Position numbers and translations under genes: made by a program. A DNA stretch of 56,195 nt from a candidate division TA06 bacterium SM23_40 (GTDB lineage Bacteria; LJUI01; SM1-40), in contig LJUI01000003.1 of assembly GCA_001303705.1 (NCBI GenBank), positions 1 through 56,195 of the forward strand, written 5' to 3'. The notes below the pieces were generated by a model. That model was not told the DNA's origin. It was given only the letters and a program-made list of their open reading frames with translations, and made no database searches. Below are positions 1 through 9,263 of the stretch, in pieces; within the stretch, counting starts at the first letter, position 1, and every line of letters starts with the position of its first letter.

Positions 1-35
1 CGTGTGTACGGGAATGGACTATGTCGACGAAAGAA

Positions 36-2045
36 TCACCACGCGGCACGAATCGTACTGCCGCTCATCGCCCAGTCCAACGTCTCGGGCCCGAGACCAA
101 CGCCCCCCATGCCGAGGACGGACGGCGTCACGTCGAACGTGAAGTACTCCTCGTTCCACACCGTATCGGTCTCTCGATCTCCGATCTTGAGGATGTAGAC
201 ATACCGCCCGACGGGAGCACCACCCGGTATCTCCTGCGTCAGATGGACAGTCTTGCTGGCACTCGGACCGATCGTAATGCTGTCGAAGGACATCACCGGA
301 TTCCTGGCGTACTCGTTGCCATTGGGAAGCCCGACGTCGAACCAGACATCGAAGGTCTGGGCCTGAGGCGTCTCATTCTGAGCCGATATCGTGAATCCGA
401 GTGTGCCACTCTGCGGCACAACCGCCTCATCGGCCTCAAACTGGGAGACGTCGATCGGGCTCGCCGTTACACCGACCGTAAACCCTCCGGTCTGGTCGAC
501 GAGAGCGCCATTACAGCTGTTGTAGATGTACTCGATCACCGTCACATACCCAATTGTCCCTGGCTCTTCATCCGGCGGCGAGGTGACGTGGAGGGTGGGG
601 GTGATGACCCCCTCGGGAGCCATCTGGAACCGCGCCGGATGCTCCGGCACATCGATCGAGGCCTCCCATCCTTCGGGAAGCTCTGACCGGTCAACCTCCA
701 CAGAAACCATGCCTTCGGTGCACATGCTATTGCCCACCAGGAACTCCTGCTCCCACTGACCGCGTCCTCCGGTGTCTTTTGTCGTTACCCAGTAGTTCCG
801 CGCGGCGACATTGTTGTCAGACCATGGCCAGCACGAGAAATGCTTGTCCAGGTTCGTCGCCGTATCGAGATAGACGACAAGACACCAGTGGCCGGACGGG
901 GGGTTCCAGGTGACCGGGCCGGCTATCTTCGAACCATTGGCCGCCACATTCGTCACCGTCGTCGAGCCGAACCAGGTGACGCAGGTGTCGTTGCAGGTCT
1001 GGAGGTGGATATCGGGGTCCTTGGTATATCCGAATGTCGCAGTCACCTGCGCGGCGGCAACCGTACCTCGATTCCTGACCTCACAGTACACCTTGTTGTT
1101 GTAGTTGGCGTACGCGCTCTTGCCCCTGTTCGTCCCGGTAGAGTCACCAACCCAGATGTCGGGACTCGACCAGGGCCACGGACAGAGACTGCATGCGGGA
1201 GGATTCCAGGAGGGCTCCGCCCCCGTGTCCGCGGTGCAGTCCTTGAGCCAGACGTCTGGCTTGGGCAGCGACGGTCCGAAGCTGCGGAGCACCCCGTTGT
1301 AGTATCCCGGGTCCCACCACATCTCTGTAGCGGGCCACACACCATGGTAAAGCTCCTCGAGCCCGTCGTAGTGCATCACGTACAGCCAGCACCCGAACTC
1401 CTCACCTACAGAGGTATTGAGATCTTCGAGATCATCCCCCCAGGGGATGCCGATCTCGCACTGGAGCTGGCCGCTCTCGCCCGTGCAGATGTCCGCTCTC
1501 ACGTTCTGGATCTCTTCCACCTGCCCTTGGACGCCGCCCTCGTACATCGGAGCACGGTAGACCTGGACGCCGCTGGTGAAGAAACTGATCCAGTACACAC
1601 CCTCGGAGTCATCGCCCATCGGAGGAAACTGTCCATCTCCGTTGTCGTCGATGTACAGCCCGACCTGGTCGTAGTCACCGGGTTCTAGATCGTTCAGATT
1701 GTCGAAGGCGAAGTAGATAAAGTGATCATCGTACTTCACCCACATGGTAACCGACCAGGGAGGCGCCCACGTGCCGAAGATGTGCTCTGTGTTCGAGACA
1801 TCCTGGTCGAGAGCCTCATCCCAGAGGTCGGTCGGACAGATCCGCCCGTCAAACAGCAAGGGCGTGCGGCCCTCGGGCGGCTCGATCGATTCACGCATAG
1901 CCGGATTCCCCGGCGCATATACTTCGAGTGCCTTACCGGCGCCGGGAGGAAGAAACGCCGGATGCACCGATGCCTGACACAGGGCAGAAAGACCGCCCAC
2001 CAGGCACAGGGCCAAGGTCAGTGCCACTAGTCTATTCCGTCTCAC
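36..2045 (-). CDS. Secreted multidomain protein (DOMON/CBM9-like N-domain, Cys-rich SPDIWV...GHWCL...NNVAARN module, C-terminal Ig-like domain)
   Basis: Inside ORF 36..2219. GTG at 2045 follows AAGGAG and begins a signal peptide (RRNRLVALTLALCLVGGLSALCQA). The C-terminal ~110 aa are homologous to the C-terminus of the 3376-5280 protein. Confidence 0.75.
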   Translation of the reverse strand: MRRNRLVALTLALCLVGGLSALCQASVHPAFLPPGAGKALEVYAPGNPAMRESIEPPEGRTPLLFDGRICPTDLWDEALDQDVSNTEHIFGTWAPPWSVTMWVKYDDHFIYFAFDNLNDLEPGDYDQVGLYIDDNGDGQFPPMGDDSEGVYWISFFTSGVQVYRAPMYEGGVQGQVEEIQNVRADICTGESGQLQCEIGIPWGDDLEDLNTSVGEEFGCWLYVMHYDGLEELYHGVWPATEMWWDPGYYNGVLRSFGPSLPKPDVWLKDCTADTGAEPSWNPPACSLCPWPWSSPDIWVGDSTGTNRGKSAYANYNNKVYCEVRNRGTVAAAQVTATFGYTKDPDIHLQTCNDTCVTWFGSTTVTNVAANGSKIAGPVTWNPPSGHWCLVVYLDTATNLDKHFSCWPWSDNNVAARNYWVTTKDTGGRGQWEQEFLVGNSMCTEGMVSVEVDRSELPEGWEASIDVPEHPARFQMAPEGVITPTLHVTSPPDEEPGTIGYVTVIEYIYNSCNGALVDQTGGFTVGVTASPIDVSQFEADEAVVPQSGTLGFTISAQNETPQAQTFDVWFDVGLPNGNEYARNPVMSFDSITIGPSASKTVHLTQEIPGGAPVGRYVYILKIGDRETDTVWNEEYFTFDVTPSVLGMGGVGLGPETLDWAMSGSTIRAAW

Positions 2046-2537
2046 GTTCGATCTCCTTCCTGTTACGGTTCTCATTCTCTGTTTCTCATCGTCACCGGAT
2101 TTCTCTCGGACTCTCCATTGCATTGCTTCTCCCCGGCAGGGTCCCGGGCCGATCTTTCCGAAATGCTCAGAGCCCTGCCTCATATCTCTCCATAGCAAGC
2201 GGGATGCCAGACAAGCCACGGCCCGACCCCGATGAATCTAAGTCTCGGTTTCAGAGGGGATTGGACGGGAGAGCGAGGATCCGTCCGGACAGAGATGGCG
2301 AGACGAAACGCGATCACACCAGTCACGAAAAGAGCACGACATTGTCAATATCTTATTCTGTATCAGTACCATACGCGGGCGCGACCAGCACCTTCGCAGT
2401 GCGACCGGCGCAGTCGCATATACACATTCGCTCGACCCCAGCCACATCCTTCCCAACCGTCTCCCGTATAACTCCCTGTTTATCAATTAGATGCGGCGGC
2501 CGTCCGGACGTGGATGGAACTCCTCAGAACAATATGC

Positions 2538-2567
2538 TTGACACCATAGTGTAATCTGTGATATCCT
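2538..2567 (+). promoter_or_regulatory. sigma70-type promoter for the YfiM-like gene
   Basis: TTGACA (2538-2543), 18-nt spacer, extended -10 TGaTATCCT (2559-2567). Confidence 0.6.
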
Positions 2568-2679
2568 CGTATACGCGAGAGGCTCGACGCAGCGAATACG
2601 GAGCCTCTCCTGATAATCCCACGGGGTCGGCGTTCCATACTCGCTGATCTGTGGGATTTCACGTATGTGGAGGGATCAG

Positions 2680-3195
2680 ATGCGGTCGGCCCCGGGCCTG
2701 CAAACGGTCAGGGTATCAACGAAGAGAGGGTGGACCAGACAGATGAGGGTGTGGAAGAAGGACGCGAGGGCAGTCTTAAGCGTGCTGACAGCGCTGCTGC
2801 TTCTTGCTCAGCCAGTCGTGGGGTTCGAATTCAGCGACCCTCGTGATGACAGCTGGACTGAGGTAGACAAGATAGCACACTTTGTCTTATTCGCCTCCGC
2901 CAGCGCCATCGGGTACGGCCTGGAGAGGACGATGACCCCCGAGACCCGCTACTCCGATGGGGAGATCGCCGCGCTTATCGCCGCAGAGACCCTGGCCTGT
3001 GCGCTTGCCATAGAGCTCGTGCAGGGAATGTTCGCTCGAGACGGGGACGGCTTTTCCTGGAAGGACATGACCGTCAACGTCGTGGCAATCGGGGCAGGAT
3101 TGGCCCTGGCAAAACCGTTGGCGAAGTACAATCCAGACTTCCTCGGAGGGGCGCCGTTCGAAAGAGAGCTGCGAGGACAGGATCACGATCCGTGA
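2680..3195 (+). CDS. YfiM/DUF2279-like membrane or secreted protein
   Basis: Motifs DDSWTEVDKIAHF and GDGFSWKDMTVN resemble the YfiM family. ATG 2680 follows GGAGG; ATG 2743 is an alternative start that gives a cleaner signal peptide. Confidence 0.65.
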   Translation: MRSAPGLQTVRVSTKRGWTRQMRVWKKDARAVLSVLTALLLLAQPVVGFEFSDPRDDSWTEVDKIAHFVLFASASAIGYGLERTMTPETRYSDGEIAALIAAETLACALAIELVQGMFARDGDGFSWKDMTVNVVAIGAGLALAKPLAKYNPDFLGGAPFERELRGQDHDP

Positions 3196-3273
3196 TCGCA
3201 ATAGAGCGGGGACGCCAGACAGCTGACCCATGATGGCCGTCGTCGAGCCTACGAGGGCCAATCTCGAGAATGA

Positions 3274-3320
3274 GCGACAGGGCAAGCTCTCACGAAACTG
3301 AGCTCGCCCTGTCGCCCTTT
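3274..3320 (+). terminator. Hairpin between convergent genes, probable intrinsic terminator
   Basis: GCGACAGGGC (3274-3283) pairs with GCCCTGTCGC (3306-3315), with an inner AGCTC/GAGCT stem and a short T tract. Confidence 0.5.
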
Positions 3321-3375
3321 CCCTCTACTCGTTCGGCAGGCCGCCACTATGGAAGGACGGCCTCCCGGCACATCT

Positions 3376-5280
3376 CTACGGCACTACAGTGAAGACGAAC
3401 CTCTGTCTATCAATCACCTTATCCGGCGGCCGGCCTATCGTGACCTCGTACACATAGTCGCCGAGCGGCGCCGCACCAGGGATCTGATGAGTCATGTGCC
3501 GCTCCACGGTTCCCTGCGGCCCCACTGTCACCCGCTCGGGACCAACAAGCGGATTGCCCGCGAAATAGACACCACCCGGCAACGAAACCTCGCTGATGCC
3601 GTAGAAGGTCTGGCTCTGGTCGAGGTTGCTGGCGAGAGTGGCCGTAAATCCGAGCGTCCCTCCCCGTGGAACCGTTGTCGCGTCCGGAACGAGATCGAGA
3701 GCGATTGTCGGCCACGTGATCACAACATCATCAACATACCAGCCCTCATCGATGACCCCCGAGTCGCTATCCATCCGGAATCGCACGCGCACCGCCACGC
3801 TCCCGAATGCCGACAGGTCATAGATGTGGGCGGCGAATCCATCACTGTACCCATTGACGGAGCCTATCTTCGTCCAGCTGGAATCCGGCCCGTCAGCTAC
3901 CTCGATATACCCGTAGTCGTACCCGCTTTCGAGGGCGTACCACTGCCAGACATGGAGCTCGCCCCCCGAGGGCACGGTGACGAGCGGACTCACGAGTGAG
4001 GCATCCATATTGTTGAGATACTGCCAGTTCATCTGGTTTCCGCAGTACCAGCTCGTGTTCGGCGTGTGGACACGGTGGTCAGTCTGATCCCAGTAGTCGA
4101 GCATCCCGCCATGCGTCCATCCGCCAACGCCGCCCTCCATGTTATCGAACAATCCCGCCGTGTTATCGACCGTCACCCAGAACGAATCGGCGACTGCGTA
4201 CTCCTCTCCGCTGATATCCAGGTCCAGCATCGCCGAGTGCGGCTGGGGCGTGCCAGCAGCTACCTGAAGCACATACGGATTCAACGACGGAACCGTCATG
4301 TAGGGTTCGATATCTCCGAAGTCCGCGCTGTCCGTGGGGATGCTGATGTAAGGATCACCCGTCGAAAGGATCGCCGCGACCGAGTGCGCGGCGGCGTTCC
4401 CGGTGTTCTTGAGCGACACGGTGAGACCCACAATTTCACCCGGCTCCGCTATTCCGTTCCCGTTTCCACCGGGCCCGTCGTCGACCGATCGGCCCACAAA
4501 CTCCAACCGCGGTATCGGATTGATCCACGCCATCCCGGTCTGAAGAACTTCTCGATTCCCATCCATAAGCGTTGGATCGCTCTGCACGAATACGACCACC
4601 GCACACCAGTGATCGTCCCAAGTGTGCGCGATCGTGAACGGCTGTGATAAGTTGAGGGTGTCACCCTGTGCGATCGTGATCGGCTCTCCCGTCGCATCCG
4701 GGATCATATCCCGCATTACCTGATTGTGTATCTTCTCACCGTTAGGAGCATTGAATGGTATCTCCGACTCAGTGATGACCCACCGGACACGAAGATCGCC
4801 ATGGGTGATCGGTTGAGTGGCAACGATCTGAGCGTAGACAGTGCCTGCCATGCTCAGACTGTCGTACTCTACTGTGACCTCGATCGACAGCGGGCTTTCC
4901 TCCTCCGCCCGCACAGTAACAAGCGAATCCCATTCAGCAGGAGCGCCATTGCCGTCAACGATGCCGTCAATCCACAGATACGGAACGTAGTTGAAGACGT
5001 AGTAGTTCTTCCGGGCGGTGTTCTCGGGAATGTTGGCCTGATAGAAAGGGTCGCCCGAGCTCGGCCACCAGACGTGATACCTGATCACGGTGAGTTGCTC
5101 GTGACGTGCCTCGGCGATTTCGTCCAGCGTACCGCTGGCGCCTGCACACCCTCCTCACCCGGTATTGGTGAACATCTCGGCCAACACCATCCGCTGTGTC
5201 GCGTCCGCCGGCGCCACGGAGGCCAACAGGCAGGCCGCAAGGACCGCCAGCACTGCACAGGCCGGTCCAATCTCTCTCAT
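3376..5280 (-). CDS. Omp28-related secreted thioredoxin-fold selenoprotein (UxxC), 634 aa, with CARDB-like, MAM/adhesin-like and C-terminal Ig-like domains
   Basis: ATG 5280 follows GGAGG and is in frame with ORF 3376..5088. Translation: MREIGPACAVLAVLAACLLASVAPADATQRMVLAEMFTNTG-TGA-GGCAG...VIRYHVWWPSSGDPFY. The TGA (5155-5157, codon 42) occupies the first Cys of the Omp28 ExFTxxxCxxC motif, and a SECIS-like hairpin follows. Confidence 0.85.
5124..5157 (-). promoter_or_regulatory. In-frame UGA plus candidate bacterial SECIS element
   Basis: mRNA reads UGA GGAGGGUGUGCAGGCG CCAGCG-GUA-CGCUGG: a 6-bp stem whose apical loop starts GU about 22 nt after the UGA. Confidence 0.7.
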
Positions 5281-5426
5281 CGGCTGTACCCTCCCATCTC
5301 TGTTCCTGTTCTCTTCAGTGCTCACCTACAGTAGAGCCACTTCTCACTCGATGTCGACTGGCGGGAGCACCGCCTCCAGATTGCTCTTCCTTCCACCGAC
5401 ATCGAGGCTCCTCCCGGAAGGCGCCC

Positions 5427-5456
5427 ATTCTATCACAAACGGGGGAGCAGAGTCAA
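5427..5456 (-). promoter_or_regulatory. sigma70-type promoter for the Omp28-like gene
   Basis: Minus strand TTGACT-18nt-TAGAAT with a TG extension. Confidence 0.6.
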
Positions 5457-5638
5457 GAGAGTAGGCCCCTTCTCGGTCATCCCCTACGCCCCCGAAGGGT
5501 AAAGCGATCCTCAAAAGCAAATAGGGCCTTCCGACATCTTCCGACGCCGCGATGGCCCAGCTTTCGTTCTACCCATGCTAACAGAGTGCCGGCCCGCGGA
5601 ATCAGGCGCTCTCAGAACGGAGGTCGCCCTGGAGCAGT

Positions 5639-6433
5639 CTAGCCCTGTCCCGTCCGATCGCGCACCGACAGCCCTTCCCAGATATTGAGGAGAAAAGCGA
5701 TGTTCCCGACGAGGTACCGTCTCCACAGATTACGTGGATCGCTGAAAAGCCGGAAAACCCATTCCAGCCCGAGATCGACGAGCAGCGCCGGACGACGCCA
5801 GCCTCCAGTACTCAGATAAGCAAAGACACCGCCGACACACCAGACCACAGGGGAATCCATCCGCGGGGAATTCGCTGCCACCCACTTCTCCTGGTATGGC
5901 ACCCCGAGACCTACGAGGACGATATCCGCACGGGAACGGGCGATCAGATCAGCGACGTTCTCTCCCTCTTCAGGGGAGAAGAATCCGTGGTGGGTTCCCT
6001 TCACCTCGAGCCCGGGGATTTCCTCAGTGAGTATTTGCGCAGCCGCTTCTGCAACGCCGGGCTCACTCCCGAGGAGGAAAAGACTTACCCTCTCTGCAGC
6101 AAAGCGACGACAGAAATCGACCAGAGACGCCGTAGCCGTTACTCTGGCCGGCAACGCAACTCCGGCCAACCTGGCCCCCCATACAACACCGACCCCGTCG
6201 GCATAGACGAGGTCGGCCTCTCGCAGAATTCGTCTGTATTCGCTATCGCGCCACGCTAGCCGCATACAGTGGGCATTCACGTACATAACCTGATGGTGGT
6301 TCCCATCTCTGACGTACCCCATAAGCCGCCGATAGAGATCCTCGGTCGCAATGGCATCCACCTCCACTCCGAGAAAGTCTACTCTTTTGTTCCTCGTCTC
6401 GCTGTCCTCCTCGAAGCCTTGGTGTATGAGCAT
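5639..6433 (-). CDS. WecB/TagA/CpsF family glycosyltransferase
   Basis: Motifs VNAHC, ADGVGVVW, GTHHGFF, VGLGVPYQEKW, GLEWVFRL...RRYL. Confidence 0.9.
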   Translation of the reverse strand: MLIHQGFEEDSETRNKRVDFLGVEVDAIATEDLYRRLMGYVRDGNHHQVMYVNAHCMRLAWRDSEYRRILREADLVYADGVGVVWGARLAGVALPARVTATASLVDFCRRFAAERVSLFLLGSEPGVAEAAAQILTEEIPGLEVKGTHHGFFSPEEGENVADLIARSRADIVLVGLGVPYQEKWVAANSPRMDSPVVWCVGGVFAYLSTGGWRRPALLVDLGLEWVFRLFSDPRNLWRRYLVGNIAFLLNIWEGLSVRDRTGQG

Positions 6434-6451
6434 GAGACGCCCGCATGCGCG

Positions 6452-7915
6452 TCAGTCTGTATCCTCTCCGTGTCTCGCGAAATCGAGCAGGTGGCCGATG
6501 ACGGCCTTCGTTCCGCGAGCCACATAAGACAGATCTTCCACGCTTCTGATGCTCGTCAGGTGCCGCCACACGAACCTGGGCGCGAAGAAGCTCTGATAGA
6601 TCCCACCGCACATCTTCATCACTTCATCGGGTTCCATATCAGGAGTTTTCAACACAGGCTCTGACATGTCGTAGCGACTGTATTCCATCGGGTCGAATCG
6701 AAACCAGCCGTTCTCGATGGCCTGCTGATGGAGGGGAGTTCCTGGATAAGGGACGACGACAGTCGACTGGAGCATCTCGGCATGACCGCGGCTCATCAGT
6801 CGTCTCGCCAGTGCCAACGTGCGCTCGGCATCCTGCCTCGTTTCCCAGGGATAGCCCACCATTATCGTCAGATGAATGTCGATCCCTGCCTCACTCAGGA
6901 ACTTGCTCTCTTCTTCGATCTGCTGCACAGTGACGTTCTTGTCGATCCGGTCGAGCGTGGCCTGATTCCCGGACTCCAGTCCCATCTTCAGTTTCCGGAA
7001 TCCCGCCCGTCCCATCAACTTCACGAGATCAGGCTTGAGGTAGCCGTAGCGCATGTTGGCAGAAAAAAGAATCTCTTTGTCGAGACCGCGCTCGATCATC
7101 CCCTCACAGAACTTCTTGAGCCACCCCCCTGCGGGAAACGTGCCGGTATCATCGAATACCTCACGCGCTCCGTACTCTCGGATGAGCATCTCGATCTCGT
7201 CGAGGAGACTCTCGGGCGTACGCGTGCGGAAGCGGGGATAGAGTGTCGTCCACGAACAGAACGAGCACCGTGCCCAGGGGCAGTCTCGACCTACCATAGT
7301 ATAGAGAAACGGCTCGCGCTTCTTCCATTTCTCTCCATAGAGATGCGATTTGGTCAGCCTTCTATCGATGAATGGCAGTTGATTCAGATCATAGGTGAGC
7401 TCGAAGCGACCTGTGTCCTTGATCTCGCCATCCCCTCGATACCAGAGACCCTTGGGGAGCTCCTCCCCGTCGCGAATGTGCTTCGCAACCGCCACCACGC
7501 AGAGGTCGAAGTCCCCACCGGTGATGATGTAGTCGACCTTGCACTGTTCCATTGATTCACGCGGCAGCGCCGTAACGTGGTCGCCCACCAGGACCACTCT
7601 GCACGTTGGCTGCCGCTCTTTGAGTTGGTCGATGATCTTCCAGTGCTGCTCTACGACGGGGGTCTTCGTCTCGAGGACGATCAAGCCGGGCTTCTCGGCG
7701 TCCACATATGAAAAGAATTGATCTATCGTCCATCCCTCGGCTATGCAATCGTTCCACAATACATCGAAGCCTTCCTGCTGCAGCAGGGTCGCCGCCATCG
7801 CAGGGACGAGAGGGTATATGAACGACGGCACATGAAACCACTGGAATTGCCGGTTCTGGCCGAGCGTGGCGATTCCCTTCCCTTTGAGCGGGGGGTACCC
7901 GATCAGGACTCTAAT
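6452..7915 (-). CDS. B12-binding domain radical SAM protein
   Basis: N-terminal cobalamin-binding-like domain (ETKTP...VGDHVTALP), cluster motif CPWARCSFC (CX4CX2C), MGLESG and VVPYPGT. The best SD-supported start is ATT 7915; GTG 7924 and ATG 7987 are alternatives. Confidence 0.85.
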   Translation of the reverse strand: MRVLIGYPPLKGKGIATLGQNRQFQWFHVPSFIYPLVPAMAATLLQQEGFDVLWNDCIAEGWTIDQFFSYVDAEKPGLIVLETKTPVVEQHWKIIDQLKERQPTCRVVLVGDHVTALPRESMEQCKVDYIITGGDFDLCVVAVAKHIRDGEELPKGLWYRGDGEIKDTGRFELTYDLNQLPFIDRRLTKSHLYGEKWKKREPFLYTMVGRDCPWARCSFCSWTTLYPRFRTRTPESLLDEIEMLIREYGAREVFDDTGTFPAGGWLKKFCEGMIERGLDKEILFSANMRYGYLKPDLVKLMGRAGFRKLKMGLESGNQATLDRIDKNVTVQQIEEESKFLSEAGIDIHLTIMVGYPWETRQDAERTLALARRLMSRGHAEMLQSTVVVPYPGTPLHQQAIENGWFRFDPMEYSRYDMSEPVLKTPDMEPDEVMKMCGGIYQSFFAPRFVWRHLTSIRSVEDLSYVARGTKAVIGHLLDFARHGEDTD

Positions 7916-8005
7916 CGCACTCACCCCCCTCTGAAGTCGAGGATTTGCCGGAGAGGGGTCCCGGCACCCTCTCTGTAACCGTCTCATTCATGCTCTGCCT
8001 TCCCC

Positions 8006-9241
8006 TCATAGAGAGCGAATCATCGCTCCATATCGATCGATCTGGCGCTCGAGAAAGCCGAGTTCTCCTTCCAGGTGGATCGCCTCGCTCGGACACACAA
8101 AGTAGCAGTACAGACACCCGATGCACTCGACCCCGGAGAGGGCGCCCTCACATGTGGGATCGAGTCCGACGGGACAGATCTCCCGGCAGCGACCGCTCCC
8201 CTCACATCGGCCTGCGTCGAACCTGAGCGTCACACTGGCATCTCGCTCGTCGTAGATATCCTGGATCAGCCCCGCTTTGTATAGCAGGTTCATCGCGATC
8301 CGCGTGGAATGTATCGGGCGAAGTAGATCCTTCGGTCTGTTGAAGACCGGGTGCGACAGAACCTCTGCGAGTCGGGTCTTCGGAGGTGGTTTCTCCAGCA
8401 GCCAGCCCCTCGGTATATCCGCCAGGGCCTCCACATCTCCACTTCCTAAATAACCCTTCTCCAGAGATCGCGCAAGAAACCTCACCTGCTGCGGTTCGTA
8501 CCCCACCAGGTGCGACACGACAAGATCCACTGCGAGCGCATCCGTCCCCGCGAGAATCGCGTCGAGTCGCTTCGGGGTACCATCTCCCGGGCCATTCCCC
8601 TCCATCGCCACGAGCCCGTCCACTATGTGGAGGTGCGGCTTCACGAGCTCGTACAGGCGAACAAGGTTGCCCGTCAGATCCCGATGGAGCGCCTTCTTAG
8701 AAGCCCGACCGACGAGACAGCCGACCATATTCTTGACCGCACAACTCATATCAGCATCGGAATGCATTTTGATCTTGGGTAGACTGATGCACAGATCGGC
8801 ATCAGAGCATATCTCGGCTATCAGTGCGGGATGGCCATCGGCGAAGGTGATCTGGCGACCCGGAGCGCGGTTCAGGTCGAGCGTTCTCGCGCCGAACCGT
8901 GCCGCGAGGCGGTCGATCCGGAGCCGCCCGATGACGTCGATCCCCCGCCGCAACACCCCGACATTGCAGCCGTCAGCTATGACAATATTACTATAGCCTC
9001 GCTCGACGAGCGAAGTAAGCACTGCCGCCATGAGCCGGAGATCGGTCGAGTTACCCATGAGAGAGTTGAGGTCGCTATTGAGATTAGGCTTGATAAGAAT
9101 CAATGCCTCACGGGAATCGGGAAGGAGTGTACTGTGAGCGGCCAGCATTCGGTCCACAGCTTCCCACAACTCCCGCCGTGTGGGAGTCCTGAAGACCGAG
9201 ACCTCGCCTTTTTCCAGAGTGTACGTGTGGGACCCCATCAT
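8006..9241 (-). CDS. DUF362 domain protein with C-terminal ferredoxin-like Fe-S domain
   Basis: Motifs LIKPNL, LPKIKMH, AVKNMVG, DGLVAMEGNGP, DALAVD. C-terminal CEGSGRCREICP (degenerate) and CIGCLYCYFVCP. Confidence 0.85.
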   Translation of the reverse strand: MMGSHTYTLEKGEVSVFRTPTRRELWEAVDRMLAAHSTLLPDSREALILIKPNLNSDLNSLMGNSTDLRLMAAVLTSLVERGYSNIVIADGCNVGVLRRGIDVIGRLRIDRLAARFGARTLDLNRAPGRQITFADGHPALIAEICSDADLCISLPKIKMHSDADMSCAVKNMVGCLVGRASKKALHRDLTGNLVRLYELVKPHLHIVDGLVAMEGNGPGDGTPKRLDAILAGTDALAVDLVVSHLVGYEPQQVRFLARSLEKGYLGSGDVEALADIPRGWLLEKPPPKTRLAEVLSHPVFNRPKDLLRPIHSTRIAMNLLYKAGLIQDIYDERDASVTLRFDAGRCEGSGRCREICPVGLDPTCEGALSGVECIGCLYCYFVCPSEAIHLEGELGFLERQIDRYGAMIRSL

Positions 9242-9263
9242 GTCACTCTCCAGGGGAACAGGA

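Noticed and set aside
1-38. Sec readthrough of the TGA ending the first gene
   Set aside because: No Cys motif context; the protein is already past its terminal domain, and only 35 nt remain in the window.
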